A stretch of DNA of 63,028 nt, filler included, from Reticulomyxa filosa (taxonomy: Eukaryota; Protista; Foraminifera), in the NCBI GenBank assembly GCA_000512085.1. It is 17 parts of 17 records of this genome, joined end to end, with 100 filler letters (N's around TTAATTAATTAA, not from the genome) between each part and the next. Parts side by side here need not be neighbours in the genome. Positions count along the whole stretch, not along the records: positions 33,635 to 41,458 come from ASPP01025145.1; positions 41,559 to 44,296 come from ASPP01018421.1; positions 44,397 to 45,594 come from ASPP01012324.1; positions 45,695 to 47,474 come from ASPP01007451.1; positions 47,575 to 49,577 come from ASPP01040268.1; positions 49,678 to 51,432 come from ASPP01047364.1; positions 51,533 to 58,343 come from ASPP01012392.1; 10 more parts are not named here. The stretch is one strand, 5' to 3'. Shown here piece after piece: positions 40,124 to 53,714 of the stretch (position 1 is its first letter; each line of letters begins with the position of its first letter). The position numbers were made by a program, and so were the translations under genes. Below the pieces are notes generated by a model. That model had not been told where the DNA came from. It searched no databases and saw only the letters and a program-made list of their open reading frames with translations.

Positions 40124-41559
40124 TAAAGACTAGTTGAGTTTTTCTTTTCACCTGTCCTAACTCAACAGCTGAGCTTTTCTTGTTGATAGTTAAAAAGATT
40201 TTGATTTAATGGTAAAATTATCGATAAATAGAATTGTGGGAATCAGCATGTAATTTGAATGATGCTCTACTAAAACAGGCGAAGCAATTTAATGTAAAAC
40301 AAACAAATTGACAAAATTTCTTGTTTGTTTACGTAGAACAAATCATATCACGTACTTGCTAATTTGTTGATACTTGACCGAAGCACAAAAACACATTATT
40401 GTATAACTATTACACTGATTAAAAATGTCTTTTTTTCAATTTGGTGTAATAAAAAAAGTGTAAATACAAAACAAAAGTATGTATTATCTTGATTATTTTA
40501 TATGTGTCATCATGTTTTTATTGTATTGAAATTTGATATTTTAAATCATTTTTGTAGAAAATGTTATATGCATATCAATATTATCGCTGAGCATTGCACG
40601 AAAAGTGCTAAGTATAACACAAAAGTGAATGTTTTATCAATATTTGTATAAGTATTTGCAAGTTATTTTGTACTACAAAATCGCTTATGCACAAACTATA
40701 GTAGAACGTATTTTTTTTTTTTTTCGATCTTGCAAAAAAACAAGTGTGGGAGTGACAGTGTTGGACTCTAAACTTTGTCTTAACGCTTTACACTAAAGTC
40801 GGCACACTTTGCTTAAATAACAAGTTAAAGTACCCAATCCAAAAAGGACATAGCAATCAAGAAAACAAAACCACAGTCTTTTGCTTATCTTTTCGATTTG
40901 TAAAGGTTTTTTGGTAGTGAAAATTGTAGTTGGTTTTATCTTTATTTTGTATTGGCTGTAGTATTCAGATTTTCCTTTTTGTTTCTATTACATATTTCAC
41001 AAATTCTTGAGACACTTTGACTCTTATGTCAGGATAACATGTATTTGATCCAACTGCATTCAGGTGCATCCACTTTTTTAATGAGATATAAGTACTCATT
41101 CAGACCTATTTTGCCTGAAATTATTTTACATATAATTCTGCGTTCATGTAGTTGGAGTCGATTTAGCACAATTTTTTCAAAAGATTGAGCTTCGATCAAA
41201 TTTAGGAAGAAAGTTTTGTATGTATATGTTGTATTGTTTCTGCACCTTCATTTATACAATGCCGATTCCATAGTGTAGCAAAGTTTGGAGTCAAACCTTG
41301 TATTTTAATGATACTTGTTATGTTTTTTAATCCTTTAATTCGTGATTGTTGTCGAGACTACGCTCTTTTCCTGGCACGTTTGGCTACGATGTATGTTAGA
41401 GTGTCCTTTGATTCAGTATATTTCCGGTTATGAATCCGCTACAAGGTTACATAACATGNNNNNNNNNNNNNNNNNNNNNNNNNNNNNNNNNNNNNNNNNN
41501 NNTTAATTAATTAANNNNNNNNNNNNNNNNNNNNNNNNNNNNNNNNNNNNNNNNNNNNA

Positions 41560-42087
41560 TTAAAAAAAAAATAATAAAAAATTTTCTCTTTTTATTTTTA
41601 TTATAATTTGTTTGATTTTACAAAACTCTTTTTTTATTTGCTCTTCACACCATGAATTCCTCTCTTTGAGTAAATTACACTCAATTTCTAGAGTCGCATT
41701 CTTCCCTTTCGCTTGTGCCAGTTCGTGCTCCAACCGTACCATGGTTTCCACGGCAGAGTTGTGAGATAAATTAAGTGATAAAAATCGCTTTTGAACGCTA
41801 CCCATGTCCTGAAACAACTGATTGTTTAACTCTTGCAATTTGTGATTGCGCTTCAACATGTTTTGAAACTCTTTGTTTTGTAATATCTTCTCGTTTAAAC
41901 TGTTCTTAAGTGTCACGTTTGCTTTCGCTACATCTTCATAATTTTTTTTACACTCTTCAAGTTCTTGCAATACTTTGTCCAGCTGCTCTTGAAGACCGTA
42001 GCGATCTACTTGATCTCCTTCATATATGTCCCTTTGATCTAGGGTTAATGCTTGATTATCTGCACTATTATCTTCGCCCCACGACAT
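41560..42087 (-). CDS. Coiled-coil protein, 3' truncated
   Basis: Heptad-rich ORF from MSWGEDN (42087) running into an intron and the spacer. Confidence 0.55.
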   Translation of the reverse strand: MSWGEDNSADNQALTLDQRDIYEGDQVDRYGLQEQLDKVLQELEECKKNYEDVAKANVTLKNSLNEKILQNKEFQNMLKRNHKLQELNNQLFQDMGSVQKRFLSLNLSHNSAVETMVRLEHELAQAKGKNATLEIECNLLKERNSWCEEQIKKEFCKIKQIIIKIKRENFLLFFF

Positions 42088-42356
42088 GGACGCTATCCTC
42101 AAATTTTCCTTTTTTTCCAAAAAAAAAAACAAACCCCCTGTTTTTTTTTTCTTTTCTAAACTTTGGTTTTTTTTTCCACCAAAATTTGCAAAAAAAAACG
42201 AAACTAACAATGACGTTTTACAAAAAAACCCAATCATAACAGGTTAATTTTCTGTTTGGTTTTTTTTTTTGCTTTTGTAGTAGGCTTTTTTCCTTCTTCC
42301 CTTGTTCTAATAGCTAAGAATATTCCTTTTAACAAGAGAGGAAAAAAAAAGTAAAG

Positions 42357-43375
42357 ATGACACAGTTGCACATCACAAAGCCATTGACAATCTTTGTCAC
42401 AGGCTGTTCTCGAGGTTTAGGTTTGGAATTCGTGAAACAGCTGCTGACAAAGCAAAAAGATTCGTTGGTGATTGCGACCTGTAGAGAGCCAAGTAAAGCC
42501 GAAGATTTGCAAAAGCTGAAAGAAGGCTACTCAAAGAGATTGCACGTGGTACCTTTGGACGTGAGTGACGAAAAATCGATTGAAAAAGTGCCCCATGTAT
42601 TGTCAAAAGATCTGGGGATATCTTCGATTGATTGGTTGATTAATAATGCGGGCTAGTTATTTTTTTTTTGTCTGGTACAAAAAAAAAAATAAAAGATTTA
42701 ACAAAATTAACATATTCGAATCCATATCTAATATATAGGTATCGCGTCAGATAAAGCATCCGTTAGAAAATATAACAAGTGTTGACAGTGACAGCATGAT
42801 CAAGTCTTAAGAAAAGCATATGTTACTTTTTATGTGGGAGATTTTTTGGGACTAATGCTCCCTTGAACATTAAAGAAAAAAAAAAAAAAAAAAAAAAAAA
42901 TTGTTAAAGGGTGTATCGTACTAACGTGATAGGACCAATATTGATAAGTGATGCATTGATTCCATATTTAACACACGACCTATCAAAGAGAGATTACATT
43001 CCTCGTATCGTTAATCTTTCCTCTTTGCTTGGAAGTATTACCACTTTCCAGAGTATCAAACACAACGCTGATGCCTCTGTTCTGAGTGCGCCTTCTTATC
43101 GTTGCAGCAAGGCCGCGTTGAATATGTTAACACAATGCATCGACAAAGATCTTAATGACAAAATTCAACGTACATATTCGGACTCGAAAAAAGGTGTTAT
43201 TGTTATAGCCTGTAGTCCTGGATGGGTTGTAACAGATATGGGGACTGTTGGTGGTCGAAAACCACCATTGACATCTGAGCAATCCATCCAAGGCATGTTA
43301 TCTGTTATTGAAAATGTCAAATTGGATGACAGTGGAAAATTTTTTTCTTTTGATGGTAAAACCTTGCCTTGGTGA
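42357..43375 (+). CDS. Short-chain dehydrogenase/reductase, C-factor (CsgA)/sniffer-like
   Basis: TGCSRGLG, LDV, LINNAG, NLSSLLGS, YRCSK, PGWVVTDMG and the ending DGKTLPW. Introns 42652-42738 (GC-AG) and 42804-42909. Extra A at about 42753-42755. Confidence 0.93.
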
Positions 43376-43663
43376 TTTTGTATTGGAAAAGAAAAAAATG
43401 CCTATTATTATTGTGCAAGATGTCACGAAACAATTTTTTTTTATGCATCACTTAAATCTGTAGTTTCAAAAAAGACCCACCTTTCTTAATCATTGGAGTT
43501 TATTTTTTTTTGTTACTACTCTCTCCGTTCAATTCAGTATTTGCGGCAAGGGATTTCAACAAACACTCTTTTGAGTGCTTTTTTTTTTTTTGAACGAAAC
43601 CTAAGAAAGTACTCGGCAAACAAAATTTGACCCCTTTAGAAAGATTATTGTTATTCAATATAT

Positions 43664-44254
43664 ATGTTTGGGTTTTTCGAAAATAAGGACTCACGAAATG
43701 CTGAAGCCGAGGCTGATGCAGGTGATAGTGATAAAGAAGGAAGCACACAAAGTGGAGAAAATGAGTCGCAAGAAGAAGAAGCCGAAGAGGATGACGAAGA
43801 ACTAGAAGAAAAAAAAGAGGGAAAGAATGAGCCAGTAAACAGACCGCGGATATCAGTGGTTCTTTTACCAACGTTACCACCGCTTCCAGAAAACTATCCA
43901 TTGCACGCAGCAGTGGTCCGAAAAGACGCAAAAGCGTTGGTGGAGGCAATCGAAAATCTGATGGTGTGTGAAGACCCATTGACGCCATTTCGACACCGAC
44001 CCATCAACGCATTGGACCACCACGGATATACAGCATTGACCTTGAGTGTATTGACATCATGGACGGAAGGGGTGCAAATATTATTGGAGCACGGCGCGTC
44101 ACCAAGCTCGGCTTCGTACGAAGGATGGACAAGCATTCAAGAGGCAGTCTCAACTAGTCAACGCGAGCTCCTACGAATGCTTGTTGTGGCAAACATGAAG
44201 CTAATGAAACAAAGTCTCGCCCTACGAGCACCAAGAGTGCGCAATCAATTGGCA

Positions 44255-44257
<3 letters not shown>
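43664..44257 (+). CDS. ANKRD13-family ankyrin repeat protein, 3' truncated
   Basis: YPLHAAV...DHHGYTALTLSV...LLEHGA...GWTSIQEAVS is the ANKRD13 N-terminal pattern. Confidence 0.78.
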
Positions 44258-44296
<39 letters not shown>

Positions 44297-44448
44297 NNNN
44301 NNNNNNNNNNNNNNNNNNNNNNNNNNNNNNNNNNNNNNNNTTAATTAATTAANNNNNNNNNNNNNNNNNNNNNNNNNNNNNNNNNNNNNNNNNNNNAAAA
44401 AAAAAATTTTGAGGTCAAGTAGTTGTAGAATTTTGGCTTTTATGAAAC

Positions 44449-44790
44449 TTGAAAATACGAACAGTATTCCAAATAATCATCCAAATCGTCAGCTTTGATG
44501 TGCTCTGATATTTGTTTGTGGAACTCTTTTTTATCTAATTTTGTTCTTGCAAAACCAACTATGCTCAATGTCGGTGGAAATACATTCTCGTCATGCAGCT
44601 CTGCCAGACTCGGGTAGGTCTTGGTGCGCGCCAAATGACCACTTGCTCCGAACACCACGACCGTCAATGGCGTTTTAGCTAAGTTGGTACGCAAGTGGTC
44701 TGCCACCAAACCGTGCTCCTTTTCTGGCAGTTCTTCATCGACCTTTGTTTCTACCGGGGGATTATTGCCAGTATGAGAAATTGACGACAT
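44449..44790 (-). CDS. G6PD: Glucose-6-phosphate dehydrogenase, first exon
   Basis: NADP-binding motifs TVVVFGASGHLARTKTYPSL and IVGFART. Confidence 0.9.
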
Positions 44791-45774
44791 GCTCACGCAG
44801 GAATTTTGAAAAATTAGAACGTTACTACAATAGCACGCTACGTTCCTTCGGAGTTTTTCATCGAAGCTACACTTGCTCTACTTTTCACTTTGGCTAAAGA
44901 TTTTGCAGAGGGCTTAGAGTAAAATAGAGCCTTACAACGAGAGTTAAAGTTAGGAATCAAAAATTAAATTTTAAATTAAAAAAGAAAATGGTTAAAGCCA
45001 CTTATGGCTCACTGTTACGTGTCTCGTACCATAGCAATAAATGTAACTTATTGCCAAGCAAACTTTTCCTTCGAAAAAGCTGCATTCGTCACTTAAAAAT
45101 GATATAGCTTGTGAAAGGTGATGAAATGGGAACACATTCTGTCCCTTGCCAACACGAAGATGTTTTAACTGATTGGCCAATAGTCCTATATTTTTTCCAT
45201 TCCCAATTGTTCCCATTTTTGAATCATGTCAGCACATAATTTTATCTTGAATTATTCTATTTGCTGCAGTGGTTGTTGATAAGAAACAGAACATTCACAG
45301 ATAGTGTTTTAAAAAACCATTTTTGATAGTTATGAATAAAAAAAGACGTTCTGTGCCTAAGAGATATTTATTGCACACAAACGCAAATCTACCTAGCTGT
45401 CTAAAGCTTTGAAAATGTGACTGATAGTTACAAACAAAAAAACTTGCAAGAGTTGCTGTTGTACATTGGATGGAAGATGTTGAACGCAAGACGTAGTGTT
45501 TGCTGGCTTTTTCAAGTTCAGCTGTGTGGTATTGATTAAATGCATATTTGGACTGCTCAAAAACACCGTTCGTTCCGTTTTTGATTTTTGATTTNNNNNN
45601 NNNNNNNNNNNNNNNNNNNNNNNNNNNNNNNNNNNNNNTTAATTAATTAANNNNNNNNNNNNNNNNNNNNNNNNNNNNNNNNNNNNNNNNNNNNGGGGGG
45701 ATTTCTAATAATTAACCAAAAAAAAAAAAAAAAAAACAAAGGCAGAATTTTCTAGAAAAAAAAGGCTACATTAC

Positions 45775-46294
45775 CTAAAGCAGCAATAGTGGTCGTCAAC
45801 ATTCCCATAGGATGGGCGTCATAACGGAAGGATTTCATAATTTGTGCCACGTCCTCATGGATGAAAGTGTGCTTCATGACTCTTCCCTGGAAGTAATCAT
45901 ATTGCTCTCGTGTTGGCAATTCTCCATAAAGCAACAAATAGGCCACTTCCAAAAAGCTCGACTTTTCGGCCAGCTCTTCGATTGGATAGCCTCGGTATTC
46001 CAACACACCTTTATCTCCATCGATATAAGTAATCGATGACTTTGCTGACGCTGTGTTGAAGTATCCTGGATCGTACGATCGCAACTTCAATTTCCACAAA
46101 CCTTCTGCTGGCACAAAACCTCCGTGTTCGATCGGCAATGTCACTTTGTTCCCATTGCGGTTGTCCACTACTGTCACTGAGTCTTTGTTCTCTTTTTTTG
46201 ACTCGTCTTCTTTCGCTTTTCCTGCCACTGGCTGTGGAGAAAGTTGCGAAAGCAAATGACTTAAACGCTTATTGCTATTTGGAAGCTGTGACAT
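45775..46294 (-). CDS. Citrate synthase (bacterial-like/peroxisomal type), first exon, with PTS2 signal
   Basis: YDPGYFNTAS..SSITYIDGDKGVLEYRGYPIEELAE..SFLEVAYLLLYGELP, DAHPMG. N-terminal RLSHLLSQL. Confidence 0.93.
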
Positions 46295-46929
46295 AGTTTT
46301 TCTTTAGAAGATTGATCTAATTCAGAGGGGGAGATCAGATCAAATCGAAACCACTTGTTTGAAAAACAGGGAAAGTAACTGGAAAAACAAGGTTAAGCAG
46401 TTTTTTAACTGTTGTTTTTCCTTTGTTCATTATTTCATAGAGCACAATCTTGACCACAAGTGACATACATCGTGCAAACATATTAGTGGCTATGGTCCAA
46501 GAAATTTTCCAGTATTTCTTAGCTTGAAATAATTTGAAGTGTACTATTGCAACTGAAGAGCCAACAAATATCAATATTGAAGCATTCAAAAAAAATTTAT
46601 TAAACGAAGCAAAAATATGAACGAAGTGGTAGCATTTTATTGATTAGAATGCTTTTTTGAAGTGCTTACCAAGATAAAAAAAAGGTATTTCGAAAGCGAA
46701 TGAATTTATTTGTCAAGTAGATATTTTGGTTATGATTGAATTAAATCGACAAAAAAAAATTTTTTTCTTTTATGTTGTTCCGACTTAGCCACAACTGGGC
46801 TTGAAAAAAGACCAAAAAACAAGAGCGTGAACGAAACAAGCTCTTGTTTTCTTCTTCTTTAACAAACTTAGAGATGAAAAACACACAATAACTACAACAA
46901 AACAAACAGCGAAAGAAATATATAACCGA

Positions 46930-47457
46930 TCAATCACGATTTTGTTTAAGGGAGACAATTTCCTGTGAGCGTATGAGCGTGGCATACATTCCACCCAATC
47001 CCATTAAATCTTGATGGGTTCCAATTTCGTCCAATCTGCCATCAACCAAAACACAAATTTGATCACTCTTAGTGATTGTGGATAACCTGTGAGCGATAGT
47101 GATAATGGTATGACTCTTGTTTTTGGCGATATTATCAAGAGCTTTTTGGACCTCCCTTTCTGATTTGGTATCGAGGGCGCTGGTTGCTTCATCAAGCAGT
47201 AAAATGCTTGGTTTTTTCACCAACGCACGAGCAATGCTAATTCTCTGCTTTTGGCCACCACTCAAACGTCCGCCCATTGCACCAACCTTGGTTTTGTATC
47301 CGTCAGACAACTGAGAGATAAATTCGTGAGCGTCGGCCAGCTTGCAAGCCTCAACGACATCTTCAGAGGTCACTTTTTCGAGTCCGGCGCGTACATTTTC
47401 TTCGATTGTGGTATCAAATAGCAAAGGCATTTGAGAGACGTAGCCAATTTGGGAGCG
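46930..47457 (-). CDS. ABCB (MDR/P-glycoprotein-type) transporter nucleotide-binding domain, last exon
   Basis: IGYVSQ, LSGGQKQRISIARAL, LLLDEATSALD, IAHRLST. Confidence 0.92.
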   Translation of the reverse strand, partial: RSQIGYVSQMPLLFDTTIEENVRAGLEKVTSEDVVEACKLADAHEFISQLSDGYKTKVGAMGGRLSGGQKQRISIARALVKKPSILLLDEATSALDTKSEREVQKALDNIAKNKSHTIITIAHRLSTITKSDQICVLVDGRLDEIGTHQDLMGLGGMYATLIRSQEIVSLKQNRD

Positions 47458-47574
47458 CTTTTTTTTTTTTTTTTNNNNNNNNNNNNNNNNNNNNNNNNNN
47501 NNNNNNNNNNNNNNNNNNTTAATTAATTAANNNNNNNNNNNNNNNNNNNNNNNNNNNNNNNNNNNNNNNNNNNN

Positions 47575-47673
47575 AAAAAGAAAGTAAATAATAATGAACA
47601 AAAATCAAAAGATAATTTTGATGTTCATTTATATTATGGCTCAAGCGATGGTCGAATTTATGTTTGTGGATAA
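47575..47673 (+). CDS. C-terminal tail of a WD40-family paralogue
   Basis: Translates KKKVNNNEQKSKDNFDVHLYYGSSDGRIYVCG*, paralogous to the tail LKKKERTNNVKYASSLCYGSWKSSIHIWG* of the gene at 48880-49577. Confidence 0.7.
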   Translation, partial: KKKVNNNEQKSKDNFDVHLYYGSSDGRIYVCG

Positions 47674-48879
47674 ATTTTTTGTTTCAATTTAGAAAATTTT
47701 TTTAAATTTCATTTGTTGACTGATCAAAAAAATAACAAGTTTTAAATTTTGATGAATTGAAAGTTATGATTCTGGAAATAAAAATATTTACTTCAATTTT
47801 GCATAATTTTTTAAAAAAAATGAAATGATACTAAGAGACAAATTTTTAATAAATTCAATACAACCAATGTTTCAAAATATTACAATTCAATTGTTTCTTT
47901 TCATATTTCTTAATACTAAATAAACCTCAATTGTTATTTTACTTTGAAATTTATTAAACTATGCATTATCCAAGCAAACATAATTTTTTTGGATATTATC
48001 TTTATGCTTAACAAAATTGACAATCCATTGGTAATGGCATTGCATCATTTTGTTGTCTCTTTTGAAGAATGCAAAATTTGATTTTTTCAAAGATATCTTT
48101 AAATAATATTCTCATTGATTGTCATATTTATCATCTACAAATAATCTATTATTCAACGATCCAAAATATATTACATCACAGAACTATCATTAACTTCAAA
48201 TTATTTACTATATCAATGCAATCAATTTACCCTTTTCATTTTAACAAACTGATTGTTTTAAATAAAACACACTTCTGTATACCTTTGAATTCAATTAATG
48301 AATGCTTATTTGAGTTTGATAGAAATGATTTGTTTGAATTGTAACATTTTTTTTTGCAAACAATGAAAAAATTCGGATTGGATAAATGACAGATATTTGC
48401 ATCAAGACAAAGAAATACAAATAATAGACAATCATCCGAATGTGACCAAGTTAATGTTATACACAAATACTAGCCTGAATTTTTGATAGAGAAAGATCAT
48501 ATACTCAAATAAATGTGGACGAATGTTCTAAAGGTTTGTCATTTTTTGGTTTTGACAGAAAGATAAGATTGATTATCACTATAGAATATAATATCATTAA
48601 GGGTATATTCGCTTTGCATACAGCCACAGCTTAGATAGAGCTATCTTAAGATAAACTAGTTCTGAGATTAAAAGAATCTTTTTACCTGATTGCATTCTTT
48701 TGAGTTATTGATCATTCATATCCTGCTTCATGAGAAAATATTGTCCTTTTTATTTTATCCTTTTTTAAATTTTCGATACTGCACAAAAAACAATAGCAAA
48801 TAGACATCAGAAAAAAAAATATTTAATCAAACTTTTCAAACAAAAAACACCTCTATTTCTTATTCGACAAAAAAGTAAA

Positions 48880-49577
48880 CTATCCCCAAATATGAATTGA
48901 ACTTTTCCATGAACCATAACACAAACTCGAAGCATATTTAACATTATTTGTCCTCTCTTTCTTTTTCAATCCAATAAATTTAAGACACGATATTCCATCA
49001 TCTTTTTCGTCTCCTTTGATCATAAACAATTCATTCTTATTTGATCGAATATCCCAAAAACGAATTGTATTATCTTCTGATCCAGAACATATCACATTTG
49101 AATTACCAATATTATTCTTTATTACAAATGGTGAATATTCAACACACCAAACCCAACTTGTATGCCCATTGAACACTTGAATTTGTTCGCCAGATCGAAT
49201 GTCCCACATACGAACACTTTTATCTCTTGATCCAGATAATATTGTATTTAATAATTCATTTGATCCATATTTTACGCTTCTCACAAAATATGTATGTCCT
49301 TTGAATACATTGAATTGTTTTGTTGTTTCAATGTCCCATATCCGAATGGTTTTATCTAATCCGGAACAAATAGTATATCCATTTCCACCAATCACACCAA
49401 TATTATTCATTTTATTATTATTATTTTTATTATCATTATTATTATTGCTTTGTAATGGTGAAATATCCAAGCAACGAACAACATGTTTATGTCCATTGAA
49501 AACGTGTAATGATTTTGATGTTTCAACATCCCATAAACGAATTGTTTTGTCATCAGATCCAGAACATAAATATCTAC
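48880..49577 (-). CDS. WD40-repeat protein of a lineage-expanded family, 5' truncated
   Basis: Repeats CSGSDDKTIRLWD, GHTYFVRSVKY, SGSRDKSVRMWDIRSG, CSGSEDNTIRFWDIR. Confidence 0.93.
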
Positions 49578-49717
49578 NNNNNNNNNNNNNNNNNNNNNNN
49601 NNNNNNNNNNNNNNNNNNNNNTTAATTAATTAANNNNNNNNNNNNNNNNNNNNNNNNNNNNNNNNNNNNNNNNNNNNACAAATCAACAGAGTTCTCATCC
49701 ATAATTCATATCAATGT

Positions 49718-51378
49718 TTACATCATTGATTTTCTCTTCAGACAAATATATACATATATATTTATATATGTGTAATATAAGATAAGATATTTGCGACAAT
49801 AAGAAATGCACACAAACATTGGAGAAGACAAGGAATCGTCAGTAAATAAAACGACAGATAAGATCTTGCACTGTGCCTTATTCAAGGACAACAAAAGCAT
49901 GCGAATTGTTTTTGCGATTTCTTCTTCCAGCACTTCAGACTTGAGCTGTTGAGTTAGATCTTCGATATTGAAATCGAACATCGGTATTGTCGGCAAAGGA
50001 ATTGAGACCCACGGACGAAAAGGTTCATTGCTGGATGGATAAGAGTTAATGCTTTGCTTCGACATTTTTGCATGTGTCTTCTTCTTTTTCTTCAATTGCG
50101 ATTCCGCCACTTACACCACCTGTGAACTTATAGCGTTCCAGTGGCTGTAAAAAAACCAAAAACAAATTAATTCAAATTGCTTAGAAAGAAAGACAAAAAT
50201 AGTCAATGTCTTTTAACTGCAATCTCCTTTCAAAGGCATTCGAGTCATTTCCTGCCAATCTTGATTGACAAATAACCCAATCACCAATCAAATTGCAACA
50301 TGCTACAAATTTTACGACGGCCATACCAATTGTATCTTAGAAGTGTTTCCATACACATCTGATATTGACATTTGGAATCACATATAGCATAGCCATAAAT
50401 ACATGTAAAAGGCGACGATAAATATTTAACCAAGTTATGTGCGTTGATAAATTGGAATGAATTCATTGTCAGCTGTCACATCCCTTGATAATAATCCACT
50501 AATAATTTGTTATGTATGTTTGTCTCTTTTTCCCTTAATCTACTATCCTTTCTTTTCTTCTTCCTCTTTCTCTTTCTTTCATTCTAAACCTAAGGTAAAT
50601 CATTCTCCAATTAACTGTTCAATGTTCACATTGTTTTGGTCAATACATTTCACAACAACTGAAAATATTATAAAAATAACATATACCTTCAAATAAAGCT
50701 GCTATCCTTCGTGTTTGGTTGATATCTGCCATTTGCATGCGTTGTCTCGATGTTGGTGATATGCATTTTCTGGATTGAACTCGAATAATGGCAGGACACA
50801 TGCCACGAGGTAATTCTCCACAAAATATGCATTTACTTGAACATTTCATCTTTTCTTTGTCACTCACATGAACCTTCATCAAAACTCTGATAAAGCTATT
50901 CTTCTTGGATTGTATGTATCATATTAATTGATTTGGAACTTACAAACAATCCAGTTTTGACGTGTGATCGCGATAGACCAAGAAAAAACCAACTGGACAA
51001 CCATACAATTGAGTTACATTCTGTCGATAGATTTGATTCATATTTTCTTTGTTATTTTTGATAGCTTGTGGTATTGGTAATATTTTAAGATTGGAAATGC
51101 AATTGTAGATTGCTTCTTGGATACCAATGATCAATTCATAAAGTCGATTCCAGATTGATGAACATGATCCCAATTCACTTGTTTGCTGGACGTATTAATA
51201 TGTTGATTGGATATGTCCAATATTTGACGATTTGCATCAACACAATTTGGAAATGAAGGAATTCGAGCGGCCATGTTATCGAAAGATCGTGTGGCTCACA
51301 AATAGTGCCAATACCATATGTCGCCGATGATAAGATATTGAATAATTCCAATTCACTATTCAGGCCTTGATCATTCAT
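49718..51378 (-). pseudogene. Fragmented coding-like sequence (degenerate gene or unresolved multi-exon gene)
   Basis: Successive short minus-strand ORFs (51175, 50940, 50640, 50281, 49718) with protein-like composition, separated by stops or frameshifts. No family recognised. Confidence 0.3.
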
Positions 51379-52550
51379 CCACGACGGTCAGTAATTGATC
51401 ATGTTATGCCGATTCTGTTTTGTACAAATTGTNNNNNNNNNNNNNNNNNNNNNNNNNNNNNNNNNNNNNNNNNNNNTTAATTAATTAANNNNNNNNNNNN
51501 NNNNNNNNNNNNNNNNNNNNNNNNNNNNNNNNCTATAGTTAATTTAAAAACTTTTAAACTTTTTTTTTTTTTTTTTTTTTATTGTGTGTTGCTGTACTTT
51601 TTCTTTCGTGTTTCAATTTTTAGGTTGTCTAATTTTTTTTAAAAAAGTTTATGTTCATGGAATTTATCTTTTCATATTGCAGATCTGCAATAGCTTTGCC
51701 TTATTTCGAAAAAAGCAATTTCTTCTGTATTGTAAAGTAGGGAGAGCATAACGTAGCGACATAAACAAGACAGTAGTATCACAAAATGATGAGATACCAC
51801 ATATACGTATTTGGGCTTCTTACAAAAATTAATAAATTAAAATTGAAAATAAATGGTAGGCTAATGTAAAACATCTTTTGTACACAATTTTGAGAATAGC
51901 TACATAAACAGTGATGAAAATCGGCTGTGACTTATCTCTATTCACTCAGATAGTATTCATTTAATTGAACAACTTGGTTTTGTATTTAGCAAACAGTTGT
52001 TGTCGACAAACATACACTTATTGATTGAAGTTATTCATTTTTAAATATATTCAATTTTTCGTATTCACAATATATGTTGTTTCACTTATTAAAAATACTT
52101 TTCATGGCTTCATCGACATGCCAAAGAATATCTCCATAATAACTTTGATCACAATTTCGTCATATTACTGCTTTCAATTATATTACCGAATTAATTAAGC
52201 AATTTAGTAAAAAATTTTGTAATTCCAAAGTTGCTCTGTGTAAGAGATATTAATTAATTTTTTAAAAAAGTTTGAAAACAATGACATATTAAATTTTTGT
52301 ATGTATATCCTGTAATTTAAAAGCTTGCTTGTCTTATCAACTTGTGTAACATATAAAATGACCTAAAATTAAAAACAAGTTTGATCAACTGCATTCATTT
52401 TTATTATTGTGACATTTTTCAAACATTTATTGCAAGCTATTCTTTAGTTCAGCTAAAAACTCGGTTTCAACTTAAACCAAGACCGAAGAAAAGGAACAAA
52501 GGTTTGAATGAAAAAAATTTTACTTTTAAGTTCACCAAAATAGCGCAAAA

Positions 52551-53714
52551 ATGAATACTTTTGCTGATGAAAAAGAAGATACAGTACTGCGTTCGGTGAA
52601 TATTTATTCCCACATTTGTAATACATTTTGTCATTGATAGATTTCATTTTACTGTGTTAACCAACAAAAACAGTCAGCAACAGAAATAAAAGCAGTAATT
52701 AATAATTGGCTTCGAACGTTGAACATTAAATTAGGATGGATCAACGATTTTGACAGAATAGTTATCAAATACGTTAAGTGCTTTGTTTTGTAACTTTGAA
52801 TAAAATATGTGTGATCAACATATAACATACAGGCAAAATATTTTAAATTGGTGAAAATTCTAAAAGGACATGATGGTGCAGTAAACAGTGTAAGCTTTTC
52901 ACCTGATGGTGACAAGATTGTTTCAGTATCAAAGGATAGAACAATTCGAATATGGGATATTAAATCAATGAAGCAAATACAATGTCTCAGAGGACATTTT
53001 GGCGAGGTCACATTTGCAGAATTTTCACCAAATGGAAAGACTATTGTGTCCTGTTCACAAGATGATACAGTTCAATTATGGGATGTGAAAACAGGAAGCA
53101 GAATAATGAAACTGGAGAGAAATCTGAATCGAGTACGTCATGTCAACTTTTCTCCAAATGGTCAATATGTTGTGTCAGGTTCTCAAAGTGGAGTAATTTT
53201 ATGGGATGTAGAATCTGGAATGGAGATTCAACAATTGATTGGCCATGTTGATAGTGTAGGATATGTACAATTTTCACCTGATGGTAAAATGCTTGTGTCA
53301 TCGTCTGATGATAAAAAAATAATTTTATGGGATGTGCAATCAGGTGAAATATTGAAACAATTAACAATATCTACCGATATTGTACGATGTGTAAAATTTT
53401 CTCCAGATGGGAAATTTATTGTTTCTTGTTCAGATAATAGTGTAATTTGGATATGGGATGTGGAATCAGGAAAAAGATTACAAACATTTACAGGACATTC
53501 AACTGTTGTATCTGGTATAAAATATTTTCCATATGGTCAAATTATTGTATCTTGTTCATGGGACAGTACCATTCGTTTATGGGATGTTGATTCAGGAAGT
53601 GAAATAAAATCGTGGAAAGGAGATTTTGACTGGATTTTGGGTGTAGATGTTTCACCAGATGGTAATACAATTACGTCATGCTCTTTTAGCAATACCATAA
53701 AGATATGGAGATAA
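52551..53714 (+). CDS. Seven-bladed WD40-repeat protein
   Basis: N-terminal exon NWLRTLNIKLGWINDFDRIVIKY, then GH...FSPDG...WD repeats to TAA at 53714. Confidence 0.93.

Noticed and set aside
44397-47474. G6PD, citrate synthase and ABCB as a metabolic cluster
   Set aside because: G6PD is on a separate contig, and the other two have no evident functional link.
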